Shown here in pieces: positions 8,181 to 20,403 of a stretch of DNA of 64,000 bases. The position numbers and the translations under genes were made by a program. The stretch is taken from the sequence record NZ_LR134454.1; one strand, given 5' to 3'. How positions within the stretch are numbered: the first letter of the stretch is position 1; each line of letters starts with the position of its first letter. The stretch comes from a plasmid. Under the pieces are notes generated by a model that searched no databases, had not been told where the DNA came from, and saw only the letters and a program-made list of their open reading frames with translations.

Positions 8181-10325
8181 ATGCCCGTGTGGATCGACGG
8201 CGGTCCTCGTCGCCGCCGCGGACGGCGTACCGTCGCGCTCGCGCTGCTCCCGGCCCTGGCCGTGGGCGGCGCCGCTGCGCTGCTCAGCACCACGAACATC
8301 GTCGGCGACCCCGAACTGGCCGCCGGCAGCGACGTGACCTTCACCGGCCAGGGCAACGGCCACGGCCGCGGCCTGGGGCAGTGGGGCGCCTTCGGCTACG
8401 CGAAGGCCGGCTGGAAGGCCGAGCAGATCGTCGCCCACTACTACGGCGGCTCCCAGCTGGCCCGCGCCGATGTGAAGCTGCCCGTCCGCGTCCAGCTCAC
8501 CACCCAGAAGGCGGCGAACGTGCTGGCCCCGGCCGGTGCCAAGATCGGCGACCAGCCCGTCGCGCCCGGTCAGGCCGTGCGCCTCGAGGGCGGGAACGCC
8601 GTCATCACCACCGGCTGCAACGGCCCGGTCGTCAAGACCGTCCCCGCCGGCGAGGACGCGACGATCTCGCCGCTCAACGCGGAGGCGGGCCGCCCCGTCG
8701 GCGAGCTCCTGACGTTCTGCGGCTCCAACGCCGCCTACCGCGGTGCGATCGCGGCCAAGGACGGCAAGGTCTTCAACGTGGTCACGATCGAGGACTACGT
8801 CCGCGGCGTGGTCCCCGTCGAGAGCAAGGTCGAATGGGCCGACCAGGGCGGCTACGAGGCCCTGCGCGCGCAGGCCATCGCGGCCCGCTCGTACGCGCTG
8901 GCCGAGGGCGCCAAGCGCGGCGACCGCTACAACGACACCCAGGACTCGCAGGTCTACGGCGGCGCCGGCAAGGAGGATCCGCGCACCGACAAGGCCGTCG
9001 CGAGCACCGCCGGCCTGGTCATGGCCAAGAACGGCTACGCCGTCTCCACCGAGTTCTCCAGCTCCACCGGCGGCTACACCGCGGGCGGCGACTTCACGGC
9101 GGTCAAGGACGACGGCGACGTCGTCTCGCCGTTCAAGAACTGGACCCAGAAGGTCCCCACGTCGAAGATCGCGCAGGAGTTCGGCGTCGGCGCGTTCAAG
9201 TCGATCCGCGTGGTCAAGACGCAGTCGGCGCAGGCCGGCCGCGTCGAGGCCGTCGAGATCGTCGGCGCGAACCGCACCGTCACCGCGAAGGGCGACGAGG
9301 TCCGCAAGAAGCTCGGCCTGCGCTCGGACTGGTTCACCATCGACGGCCAGGCCCCGGCGTCGGCCCCCGCACCGGGCGCCCCGAGCGCCCCCGGCGCGGC
9401 CACGGCACCGTCGAGCGCGACGCAGGCGCCGGTCCCCGGGCGCGTCGTGGACCAGCCGATCGTCGCGGCCCCCGTCGACCCGTTCAACCCTGTCCCGACC
9501 GCCCCGAACGCCGCGCAGACGGCCCCGACGGGCGCGACGACCCCCACCGCCGCGGCCCCGACGGCCGGCACCGTCGCCGCGGCCCCGGCCGCCCCCGCGG
9601 CGCCCGCCGTCCCGACGGTGCCCGGCGCCGCCCCGGCGGTCGCGGCCGCCGGATCCCCCGCGGTCCCCTCGGCGCCCGCCGCGGCCCCGGCAGCACCCAC
9701 CGCGCCGGCAGCGCCCGCGATCCCCGGCATCCCGGCGCCGCCCGCCGCGTCGGTCGCGGCCGCCGGCGTGCAGGCCGTGACCGGCAAGGCCGCGGTCGAG
9801 GCCGCGTACGCCGCCGCCGGCGGCGAGAAGGGCACGCTCGGCCGCGCCGTCGCGAACCCGATCGCGTTCCCCGACGGCTCGATCCTGCAGTCGTACCAGA
9901 ACGGCACCATCTACTACTCGAAGGCGAACGGCGCCCAGGTCGTCCCGTCGGGCGTCTCCGCGCCCGCCACGCTGCTCAACTGGGCCACGGCCTTCGCCGC
10001 GGGCGGCGCACCGAGCCTGCCGCCGCTCCCGCTGCTCAACCTGATCCCGGGCTGGGGCGACGTGGTCGGCATCAACCCGACCGCCGCCGACACCCCGGCC
10101 GGCGTCCCCGCGGTGCCCGTCACCCCGGGCGACACGTCCGCGGCCGCCACCCCCGGCTCGAGTACGCCTGCGGCGCCCGCCGCGCCGTCGGCCCCGTCCA
10201 CCCCGGGTGCGCCGGCCGCTCCCGCGGCCCCGGCGACCACCGCACCCGCCGCCCCGGCGGCACCCTCGGCCCCGGCGGGATCCACCCCGCTCGCGGTCCC
10301 GACGGTGCCGAACGCCCCGGCTTAG
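8181..10325 (+). CDS. SpoIID/LytB-domain cell-surface protein with Pro/Ala-rich linkers and LGFP-like repeats
   Basis: GHGRGLGQWGA SpoIID signature. N-terminal RRRRGRR plus hydrophobic signal. Long PA-rich low-complexity tracts. LGFP-like segment (GTLGRAVANPIAFPDGSILQSYQNGTIYY). Occupies the position of the mycobacterial csp (Rv3811) gene. Confidence 0.8.
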   Translation: MPVWIDGGPRRRRGRRTVALALLPALAVGGAAALLSTTNIVGDPELAAGSDVTFTGQGNGHGRGLGQWGAFGYAKAGWKAEQIVAHYYGGSQLARADVKLPVRVQLTTQKAANVLAPAGAKIGDQPVAPGQAVRLEGGNAVITTGCNGPVVKTVPAGEDATISPLNAEAGRPVGELLTFCGSNAAYRGAIAAKDGKVFNVVTIEDYVRGVVPVESKVEWADQGGYEALRAQAIAARSYALAEGAKRGDRYNDTQDSQVYGGAGKEDPRTDKAVASTAGLVMAKNGYAVSTEFSSSTGGYTAGGDFTAVKDDGDVVSPFKNWTQKVPTSKIAQEFGVGAFKSIRVVKTQSAQAGRVEAVEIVGANRTVTAKGDEVRKKLGLRSDWFTIDGQAPASAPAPGAPSAPGAATAPSSATQAPVPGRVVDQPIVAAPVDPFNPVPTAPNAAQTAPTGATTPTAAAPTAGTVAAAPAAPAAPAVPTVPGAAPAVAAAGSPAVPSAPAAAPAAPTAPAAPAIPGIPAPPAASVAAAGVQAVTGKAAVEAAYAAAGGEKGTLGRAVANPIAFPDGSILQSYQNGTIYYSKANGAQVVPSGVSAPATLLNWATAFAAGGAPSLPPLPLLNLIPGWGDVVGINPTAADTPAGVPAVPVTPGDTSAAATPGSSTPAAPAAPSAPSTPGAPAAPAAPATTAPAAPAAPSAPAGSTPLAVPTVPNAPA

Positions 10326-10377
10326 TCACAGGCCCAGGCCGGGTGGCGTCATCCACGCCGCCCGGCCGGTACCCTGA

Positions 10378-13483
<3,106 letters not shown>

Positions 13484-13487
<4 letters not shown>

Positions 13488-14077
13488 GCAACGCCCCGGA
13501 GCAGGCGCTCAGCCCCGAGGAGATGATCCTCGTCGGCGTGCAGGCGCAGCTGGCCGGCCGCCCCGGCGTGCTGCCGGCGGCCCGCGGCCTCAGCCACTTC
13601 GGCGAGCACTCCCTCGGCTGGCTCGGCCTCGCCGCGCTCGGCGCGGTCCTGCAGCCGAAGCGCCGCAGGGAGTACGTCACGGCCGGCGTCGGCGCGTTCG
13701 TCGCGCACGCCGCGTCCGTCGTGATCAAGCGGATCGTGCGCCGCAAGCGCCCCGACCATCCGTACATCACGGTCGGCGTCGGCACCCCGAGCAAGCTCAG
13801 CTTCCCGTCCTCGCACGCCACCAGCTCGACCGCCGGCGCGATCCTGCTGGGCCGCGCCTCCGGCGTCCCCGGTGGCGCCGTGCTGGCGCCCGCCGCGATC
13901 GTGCCGCCGATGCTCGCCTCGCGCATGGTCCTGGGCGTGCACTACCCGACCGACGTCGCCGCCGGGGCCGCCATCGGAGCGGCGACCGCGTTGGCCGCGA
14001 TCGAGGGTGAGAGACTGTGGGCTGACCGGGCGGCGCGCTGCGCCTCGAAGAACAAGAGCAAGGGATCGAACAGCTGA
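13484..14077 (+). CDS. PAP2-family phosphatase (decaprenylphosphoryl-5-phosphoribose phosphatase, Rv3807c-like)
   Basis: PAP2 motifs KRIVRRKRPD, SFPSSHA and GVHYPTDV. GTGA overlap with glfT2. Confidence 0.85.
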
Positions 14078-14997
14078 TGAGCGAGGAGCCGATCGAGCAC
14101 GGCGAGCCGAAGGCACCGTCGAACCTCGCCACCGGACTGATCAAGGCGATCCGGCCCCGGCAGTGGGTCAAGAACGTCCTCGTCGTGGTGGCCCCGCTGG
14201 CCGCCGGGCGCGACCAGCTCGAGTACGTCAACTTCGCGAACGTCGGGCTCGCGTTCATCGCGTTCTGCCTGGCCGCGTCGTCGATCTACCTGATCAACGA
14301 CGCCCTCGACGTCGAGGCCGACCGCCAGCACCCCACCAAGCGTTACCGCCCGATCGCCGCCGGCGTGGTGCCGGTGAACCTGGCCTACGTGCTGTCCGCG
14401 GTCTTCGCGATCGCGGCGATCGGCGTCTCGCTGCTCGCCAACAAGGACCTGGCGATCGTGATCGCGGTCTACATCGTGATCCAGCTGGGCTACTGCTTCG
14501 GCCTCAAGCACCAGGCCGTGATCGACATCTGCATCGTGAGCTCCGGCTTCCTGCTCCGGGCGATGGCCGGTGGCTTCGCCGCCGAGCTGCCCAAGGGCCT
14601 GTCGCAGTGGTTCCTGCTGGTGATGGCCTTCGGCTCGCTGTTCATGGCCGCGGGTAAGCGCTACGCGGAGCTGCAGCTCGCCGAGCGCACCGGCGCCAAG
14701 ATCCGCAAGTCGCTCGAGTACTACACCACCACCTACCTGCGGTTCGTCTGGACGCTCGCGGCCACCGCCGTGGTCCTCTGCTACGGCCTGTGGGCCTTCG
14801 ACAAGACGGTGCACCCGGACAACATCTGGTACGCCCTGTCGATGGTGCCGTTCACCGTCGCGATCCTGCGCTACGCGGTCGACGTCGACGGCGGCGAGGC
14901 GGGCGAGCCCGAGGAGATCGCCCTGGGTGATCGCGTGCTGCAGGTGCTCGCGATCGCGTGGATTGGAACCGTCGTTGCCGCGGTCTACTTCGCCTGA
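14077..14997 (+). CDS. ubiA: decaprenyl-phosphate phosphoribosyltransferase (UbiA family, Rv3806c-like)
   Basis: UbiA prenyltransferase fold with NDALD motif and multiple TM segments. TGATG overlap with the PAP2 gene. Confidence 0.9.
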   Translation: MSEEPIEHGEPKAPSNLATGLIKAIRPRQWVKNVLVVVAPLAAGRDQLEYVNFANVGLAFIAFCLAASSIYLINDALDVEADRQHPTKRYRPIAAGVVPVNLAYVLSAVFAIAAIGVSLLANKDLAIVIAVYIVIQLGYCFGLKHQAVIDICIVSSGFLLRAMAGGFAAELPKGLSQWFLLVMAFGSLFMAAGKRYAELQLAERTGAKIRKSLEYYTTTYLRFVWTLAATAVVLCYGLWAFDKTVHPDNIWYALSMVPFTVAILRYAVDVDGGEAGEPEEIALGDRVLQVLAIAWIGTVVAAVYFA

Positions 14998-15025
14998 CGC
15001 CCCGGCCGGCGAGTCCGCCGGCACC

Positions 15026-16981
15026 GTGCCGTCGACCTTCTCCGCACCCCGAGTCAGCTTCTGGCTCGGGGTGGCGGCGTGCGCGGTCCTGTTCGGCTAC
15101 GGCGCCTGGCAGCGCCGGTGGATCGCCGACGACGGGCTCATCGTGCTGCGCACCGTCCGGAACCTGCTGGCCGGGAACGGCCCCGTCTTCAACGCGGGCG
15201 AGCGCGTCGAGGTCAACACCTCCGCCGCCTGGACGTACATCATCTGGTTCTTCTCCTGGATCAGCGGCGTGCAGACCGAGTACGTGGTGCTCACCGTCGC
15301 GCTGGTGCTGTCCGTCGCCGCGATCCCCCTCGCCATGCTCGGCACGGCCCGGCTGTACCGCGGCGGCCCGGGCTGGACGCGGCTGCGCGGTTCCGGCCTG
15401 CTGCTCCTGCCCGCCGGCGGCCTCGTCTACATGGCGCTGCCCCCGGCCCGCGACTTCGCGACGTCCGGTCTCGAGGTCTCGCTGACCATCTTCTGGGTGG
15501 CGCTGCTGTGGTACCTCGCGATCTGCTGGTCGCAGGCCGACCGCGCGCCGGTCGAGCGGCGCGAGCAGGTCCGCTACTGGATCCTCACCTGCGCGACGGC
15601 CTTCGTCGCCGGCCTCTCCTGGCTGGTGCGGCCCGAGATGGCGGTCGTCGGCGGCCTCGTGCTCATCGTCATGTTCCTCGCGCCCGTCGGGCTGAAGTTG
15701 CGGCTCGCGCTGACCGCCGCCGCGGGCCTGCTGCCCGTCGGGTACCAGATCTTCCGGATGGGCTACTACGGCCTGCCCGTGCCGAACACGGCCGTCGCCA
15801 AGGATGCCAGCGGCTCCAAGTGGGGCCAGGGCTTCACGTACCTGATGAATCTGGTCGAGCCGTACTCGTTGTGGCTGCCCGTGCTGGCGCTGGCCGTCGC
15901 GATGCCGATCATCCTGCTGCCCGCGCGCGGCGCCCGCACCCCGCTCACCGGCCGCTTCCGGCTGCCGCGCGGCGGCGTCCGCGGCCTGCGCGATCACCTG
16001 CAGCGGCCCGCGGTGATCGTCGCCGTGATGTTCCTCGGCGGCCTCATCGAGACGCTGTACTGGCTGCGCCAGGGCGGCGACTTCATGTCGGGCCGCGTGC
16101 TGCTCGCGCCGCTGTTCCTGCTGCTCCTGCCCGTCATGGTGATCCCGCTGCGGATCCCGTCGCGCCGCCCCGAGGATTCGACGGTCCGCGGCATCGCCCG
16201 GCTCGCCACCGGCACCGCCGGGGCCGCGGTCGCGGCCGTGCTGTGGGTGCTGGTGCTCGGCTGGGCGCTGCACGCCACGACGTTCCGCGGCCAGCCCGAC
16301 GGCACCGCGATCGGCACCACCGGCATCGTCGACGAGCGGGCCTTCTACTCGCTCCAGACGGGCCACGCGCACCCGCTCACCGCGGACGACTACCTCGACT
16401 ACCCGCGCATGACGTCGCTGCAGGAGATCCTGCGCGCGACCCCGCGCGGCGGCGTCTACCTGCCGTCGTTCGACTACGACTGGTGGTTCATCGATCCGCT
16501 GCCCTACCCGCGGCCGGACGACGTGCCGCTGCGGCAGACCGTCTTCTTCACCAACCTGGGCATGACCGGCATGAACCTGCCGCTCGACGTGCGCGTGTGG
16601 GACCAGATCGGCCTCGCCTGGCCGATGGCCTCGCACACCGCGCGGCTCGAGGACGGCCGCATCGGGCACGACAAGGAGATGTTCCCGGACTGGGCCGTCG
16701 CCGAGGCGAAGGCCTACCCGAAGAAGCCGGCGCTGCCGCCGTTCATCGACCCGGACTGGGTGAACCAGTCGCGCGTCGCGCTGACCTGCCCGCAGATCCA
16801 GCAGCTGCAGGACTCGTACTCCGCGCCGCTCACGTTCGACCTGTTCAAGCGGAACTTCAAGCTCTCGCTGGCGAACATGAAGCTGCGCATCGACCGGGTG
16901 CCCGAGTACACGCTGCGCATGTGCCGCCTCGACGTCCCGCCGCCGCTCACCGACGACCAGAAGTCGATGCCGAAGCCCTGA
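15026..16981 (+). CDS. aftB: arabinofuranosyltransferase AftB (GT-C)
   Basis: N-terminal WQRRWIADDGLIVLRTVRNLLAGNGPVFN is characteristic of AftB. Polytopic membrane protein. The start is taken at the in-frame GTG after the ubiA stop. The track ORF begins at 14927 and would overlap ubiA by 70 nt. Confidence 0.8.
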   Translation: MPSTFSAPRVSFWLGVAACAVLFGYGAWQRRWIADDGLIVLRTVRNLLAGNGPVFNAGERVEVNTSAAWTYIIWFFSWISGVQTEYVVLTVALVLSVAAIPLAMLGTARLYRGGPGWTRLRGSGLLLLPAGGLVYMALPPARDFATSGLEVSLTIFWVALLWYLAICWSQADRAPVERREQVRYWILTCATAFVAGLSWLVRPEMAVVGGLVLIVMFLAPVGLKLRLALTAAAGLLPVGYQIFRMGYYGLPVPNTAVAKDASGSKWGQGFTYLMNLVEPYSLWLPVLALAVAMPIILLPARGARTPLTGRFRLPRGGVRGLRDHLQRPAVIVAVMFLGGLIETLYWLRQGGDFMSGRVLLAPLFLLLLPVMVIPLRIPSRRPEDSTVRGIARLATGTAGAAVAAVLWVLVLGWALHATTFRGQPDGTAIGTTGIVDERAFYSLQTGHAHPLTADDYLDYPRMTSLQEILRATPRGGVYLPSFDYDWWFIDPLPYPRPDDVPLRQTVFFTNLGMTGMNLPLDVRVWDQIGLAWPMASHTARLEDGRIGHDKEMFPDWAVAEAKAYPKKPALPPFIDPDWVNQSRVALTCPQIQQLQDSYSAPLTFDLFKRNFKLSLANMKLRIDRVPEYTLRMCRLDVPPPLTDDQKSMPKP

Positions 16982-18375
16982 TGGACCTCGGCGGAGCGTT
17001 GCGGGCGATCGCGGACTGCTCCGTGCTCGACGACGCGGACGCGGTCGCCGGGTACGTCGTCGACTGGACCGGCCGGTGGCGCGGCGGGCCCGCGATCGTG
17101 GCGCGCCCGCGGACCGTCGAGGCGGTGGCGCGGGTCGTGCGGGCGTGTGCCGCCGCGGGCGTCCCGGTGGTGCCGCAGGGCGGCAACACGGGCCTCGTCG
17201 CCGGCGCGGTGCCGCCCGCCGGCGCGGTGGTGCTCTCTCTGACCGGTCTCGACGCGATCGGGGAGGTCGCCGACGGTGCCGTCGTCGCGGGCGCCGGCGT
17301 CACCCTCGCCGCGCTGGAGTCCTTCGCCGCCGCGCGCGGCCTGACCTGCGGGCTCTCGCTCGCGTCGGGGGAGTCCGCGACCGTCGGCGGCGCGGCCGCC
17401 ACGAACGCCGGGGGAGCGGAGGTGCTCCGCTACGGCACGGCGCGCGCCCGCATCGCCGGGCTCCGCGCCGTCCTGCCCGACGGTGCCGTCCTCGACCGCC
17501 GCCGCCCGCCGCCGAAGGACAACACGGGCTACGACCTCGTCGGCCAGCTCGTCGGGTCGGAGGGCACCCTCGCCGTCCTCACCGACGTCACCTGGCGCCT
17601 CGATCCCGCGCCGTGCGCGCGGACCGTCGTCGCGCTGGCCTTCCCGTCCGTGCCCGACGCCGTCGGCGCGGTGCCGGCGTTGCGGGGCTTGCCCGGGCTC
17701 CTCGCGCTGGAGTGGTCCGACGGTGCCGCCGTCGCCCGGGTCGCCGCGCACCTCGACGCCCCCGCGCCCCTGCCGACGGACGGCTGCTGGGTGTTCGCCG
17801 AGCTCGACGCGCCGCTGTCGGACGCCGCCGCGCTCGCGGAGCTGCTGCCCGACGACCGGATCGCCGTCGCCGAGGCCGAGGACCGCGCGCGGCTGTGGCG
17901 CTTCCGGGCCCGCACCACCGAGGCCGTCAACGCCGCGGGCGTCCCGGTGAAGCTCGACGTGGGCGTGCCGCTCGCGGGGTTCGCGGCGGCGCTGGAGGCG
18001 ATCTCCGGCGCCGTCCGGGACGCCGGCGACGCCGCCGCGGTCGCGGTGGAGCCGGTGCTCTTCGGGCACCTCGCCGAGGGGAACGTGCACGTCAACCTGC
18101 TGCCCGGCCCGTCGGTGCCGGACCGGCGGTTCCCGGAGGAGCTCGCCGCGCGGTTGGAGGCGGCGGTGCTGGAGCGGGTGCTGGCCGCCGGCGGCACCAT
18201 CAGCGCCGAGCACGGCATCGGCCGGGCCAAGCGGGCCTGGCTCCCACGGCAGCGCGGCGCCGAGCAGGTCGCGCTCATGCGCCGGATCAAGGCCGCGTGG
18301 GATCCGGCGGGCCTGCTCAATCCCGGCGCCCTGGTCGACGGGGCCGCATCCGGAGAAAACGGACGTTTGCAATAG
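16981..18375 (+). CDS. FAD-linked oxidase (GlcD/D-lactate dehydrogenase family)
   Basis: FAD-binding PCMH domain (VVPQGGNTGLVAGAVP) plus a C-terminal FAD-oxidase domain (ISAEHGIGRAK). The ATG overlaps the aftB stop (TGATG). Confidence 0.8.
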   Translation: MDLGGALRAIADCSVLDDADAVAGYVVDWTGRWRGGPAIVARPRTVEAVARVVRACAAAGVPVVPQGGNTGLVAGAVPPAGAVVLSLTGLDAIGEVADGAVVAGAGVTLAALESFAAARGLTCGLSLASGESATVGGAAATNAGGAEVLRYGTARARIAGLRAVLPDGAVLDRRRPPPKDNTGYDLVGQLVGSEGTLAVLTDVTWRLDPAPCARTVVALAFPSVPDAVGAVPALRGLPGLLALEWSDGAAVARVAAHLDAPAPLPTDGCWVFAELDAPLSDAAALAELLPDDRIAVAEAEDRARLWRFRARTTEAVNAAGVPVKLDVGVPLAGFAAALEAISGAVRDAGDAAAVAVEPVLFGHLAEGNVHVNLLPGPSVPDRRFPEELAARLEAAVLERVLAAGGTISAEHGIGRAKRAWLPRQRGAEQVALMRRIKAAWDPAGLLNPGALVDGAASGENGRLQ

Positions 18376-18411
18376 TCTGCGTCGCGGCTCCGCGCGGCGT
18401 ACATTGGCGCC

Positions 18412-19416
18412 TTGCCATCGCAACAGGTCGATGTCGACGATCGGAGAGAAGAGATGCCCGCGCCTCTGCACCCCCGTGAGCACGACCGCGTCGCGGCGGT
18501 GAAGTCGCTGCGGATCATGGACTCGAAGCCGGTGCCGGACCTGGAGCGGATCGCCGAGCTCTCCGCCGTCCTGTGCGGTGTCCCGTTCGGTTCCGTGAAC
18601 ATCATCGACTTCGACCGGCACTACACGGCGGCCTCCTTCGGCGCTCCGCGGATCCACGCCTCGCGGGCGGATTCGCTGTGCGCCCTCGCGGTGGCGGACG
18701 ACAAGGTCGTGTACGCGCCCGACGCGAAGGTGGACGCGCGCTTCCAGGGGCTGAAGTTCCTCGACCTCGCCGACCCGCCCATCCACCTGTTCGCCGCGGC
18801 GCCGATCTGCACCAGCGACCGGCTCCCCGTCGGCACCGTGCGGATCTACGGCTCCGAGCCGCGGGAGCTGAGCGAGCGCCAGCTCCACGGGCTGGAGGAC
18901 CTGGCGGACCTGGCGATGAGCGTTCTGGAGCTGCGCGCGGCGGCGCGCACCCTGCACAGCACCGCCACGACCGACGCGATCACCCGGCTGCCGAACCGGC
19001 ACGCCCTGGAGCTCGTGCTCGCCGACGAGGCGGCCGCGCCGATCACCGTGGCGGCCTACGCCGACCTGGACCGGTTCAAGCGGTTCAACGACGGGCTGGG
19101 GCACGGCGCCGGCGACGAGGTGCTGCGCGGCGTCGCCCGCCGCATCGACTCCGCGATGGGGCCGGACGACGAGGTCTACCGCGTCGGCGGCGACGAGTTC
19201 GTCGTCCTCGCGCGGGGCGCGGACGCCACCCCGGACGAGCTGGTGGAGCGGCTGGGTGCCGCGATCGGGCGCGCGCCGATCGCGGTCGACGGTGCTGACG
19301 TCGCCGTCAGCGCGACGGTGGGCGCGGTCTTCGTGTCCGAGCACGCCTCGGCCGGTGACGCGATCGCCGCGGCGGACGCCGCGATGTACCGGGCGAAGGA
19401 GAGCTCGCGGGCCTGA
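18412..19416 (+). CDS. GAF-GGDEF diguanylate cyclase
   Basis: N-terminal GAF-like sensor and a C-terminal GGDEF domain with intact RVGGDEFVV motif. An alternative start lies at 18454 (MPAPLHP). Confidence 0.8.
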   Translation: MPSQQVDVDDRREEMPAPLHPREHDRVAAVKSLRIMDSKPVPDLERIAELSAVLCGVPFGSVNIIDFDRHYTAASFGAPRIHASRADSLCALAVADDKVVYAPDAKVDARFQGLKFLDLADPPIHLFAAAPICTSDRLPVGTVRIYGSEPRELSERQLHGLEDLADLAMSVLELRAAARTLHSTATTDAITRLPNRHALELVLADEAAAPITVAAYADLDRFKRFNDGLGHGAGDEVLRGVARRIDSAMGPDDEVYRVGGDEFVVLARGADATPDELVERLGAAIGRAPIAVDGADVAVSATVGAVFVSEHASAGDAIAAADAAMYRAKESSRA

Positions 19417-19418
19417 TC

Positions 19419-20309
19419 TCAGAGCCGGTGGCGGTCCAGGAAGTCCTCGATGGCGGCGGCGAAGACCTGGTTGTCGTCGCCGGCCACCATGTGCCCCGCG
19501 CCGCTGACGTCGGCGACCTCGGCGTGCGGCACTCGCTGCAGCATCTTCTCCACGCCCTCGTCGCTGACCACGTCGGACTTGCCGCCGCGCACGATGAGGG
19601 TGGGGACGGTGACGTGCGTGGCCGCGGCGCCCAGCCGGTCCTTGTCCTGGATGCGGGCCTCGTTCCGGTCGTCGCCGCGGATGAACGACGGGTCCCAGTG
19701 CCAGTACCAGCGGCCGTCGGCGCGCAGCCGCACGTTCTTCTTCAGGCCCTCGAGGTTGCGGGCGCGGCGGCGGGTGGGGTTGTAGGCGGCCACGGCGTCG
19801 GCGACCTCGTCGAGCGTGGCGAAGCCGTCGGTGTGCGCCGCGAGGAAATCGGTGACCCGCTCGATGCCCTTCTTCTCGGCGTCGACGACGACGTCCACGA
19901 GCACCAGTGCGGACGCGATGCCGGGGTTCTCGCCGACGGCGCACAGGCTCGTGATGCCGCCGAGGGAGGCGCCGATCAGCACGGGCGGCGGACCGTCGAG
20001 CGTGCGCAGCACGCCCAGGAGGTCCCCGACGAAGTCGCCCAGCGCGTAGGCGCCGTCGGCGGCCCACGCGGTGTCGCCGTGGCCGCGGGCGTCGAGCGTG
20101 ATCACCGTGTACCCGCGCTGCGCGAGCGCCGCGGCGGTGCGGTCCCAGGAGTGCCGCGTCTGGCCGCCGCCGTGCAGCAGCACGAGCGTGGTCCCGGAGC
20201 CGGAGCCGGAGCCGGAGCCGGAGTCCGCGCCGCGCCAGCGGTCGCCCGCGATCGTCAGGCCGGCCGCGTCGACGGTGAACGGCTCCTCGGACGGGTACAT
20301 TTCGGTCAT
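19419..20309 (-). CDS. alpha/beta-fold hydrolase
   Basis: HGGGQT, GASLGG nucleophile elbow and a C-terminal His. Contains an (SG)5 tract encoded by (GAGCCG)n at ~20196-20223. Confidence 0.8.
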   Translation of the reverse strand: MTEMYPSEEPFTVDAAGLTIAGDRWRGADSGSGSGSGSGTTLVLLHGGGQTRHSWDRTAAALAQRGYTVITLDARGHGDTAWAADGAYALGDFVGDLLGVLRTLDGPPPVLIGASLGGITSLCAVGENPGIASALVLVDVVVDAEKKGIERVTDFLAAHTDGFATLDEVADAVAAYNPTRRRARNLEGLKKNVRLRADGRWYWHWDPSFIRGDDRNEARIQDKDRLGAAATHVTVPTLIVRGGKSDVVSDEGVEKMLQRVPHAEVADVSGAGHMVAGDDNQVFAAAIEDFLDRHRL

Positions 20310-20378
20310 CGAACAGTCCTATCACGCGCCGACGCCACGGTGACCCCGGCCACCCTCCGCGCGGCACCCGGACCCGAA

Positions 20379-20396
20379 ATCACACCCGTGTAACAC
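20379..20396 (+). promoter_or_regulatory. two phased 9-mers ATCACACCC GTGTAACAC
   Basis: TCACA and GTAACA cores in 9-bp register ending 8 nt before the ATG of the LGFP-mycolyltransferase. Same motif family as 8061, 27155 and 42258. Confidence 0.35.
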
Positions 20397-20403
20397 TGGT
20401 CCC

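Noticed and set aside
16714-20367. 1217-aa minus-strand ORF, and other long alternative-frame ORFs (8189-10417, 10608-11588, 15079-16980, 45625-47337, 60605-62101)
   Set aside because: Arg/Gly/Pro-rich translations antisense or out of frame to well-supported genes (FAD oxidase, GGDEF, glf, aftB, ptsI). These are GC-skewed frame artefacts.
20310-20403. Possible tRNA or small RNA in short intergenic gaps (20310-20403, 29218-29298, 40860-41171)
   Set aside because: No cloverleaf-compatible segments or conserved tRNA boxes found by eye. The regions are better explained as promoters or leaders.
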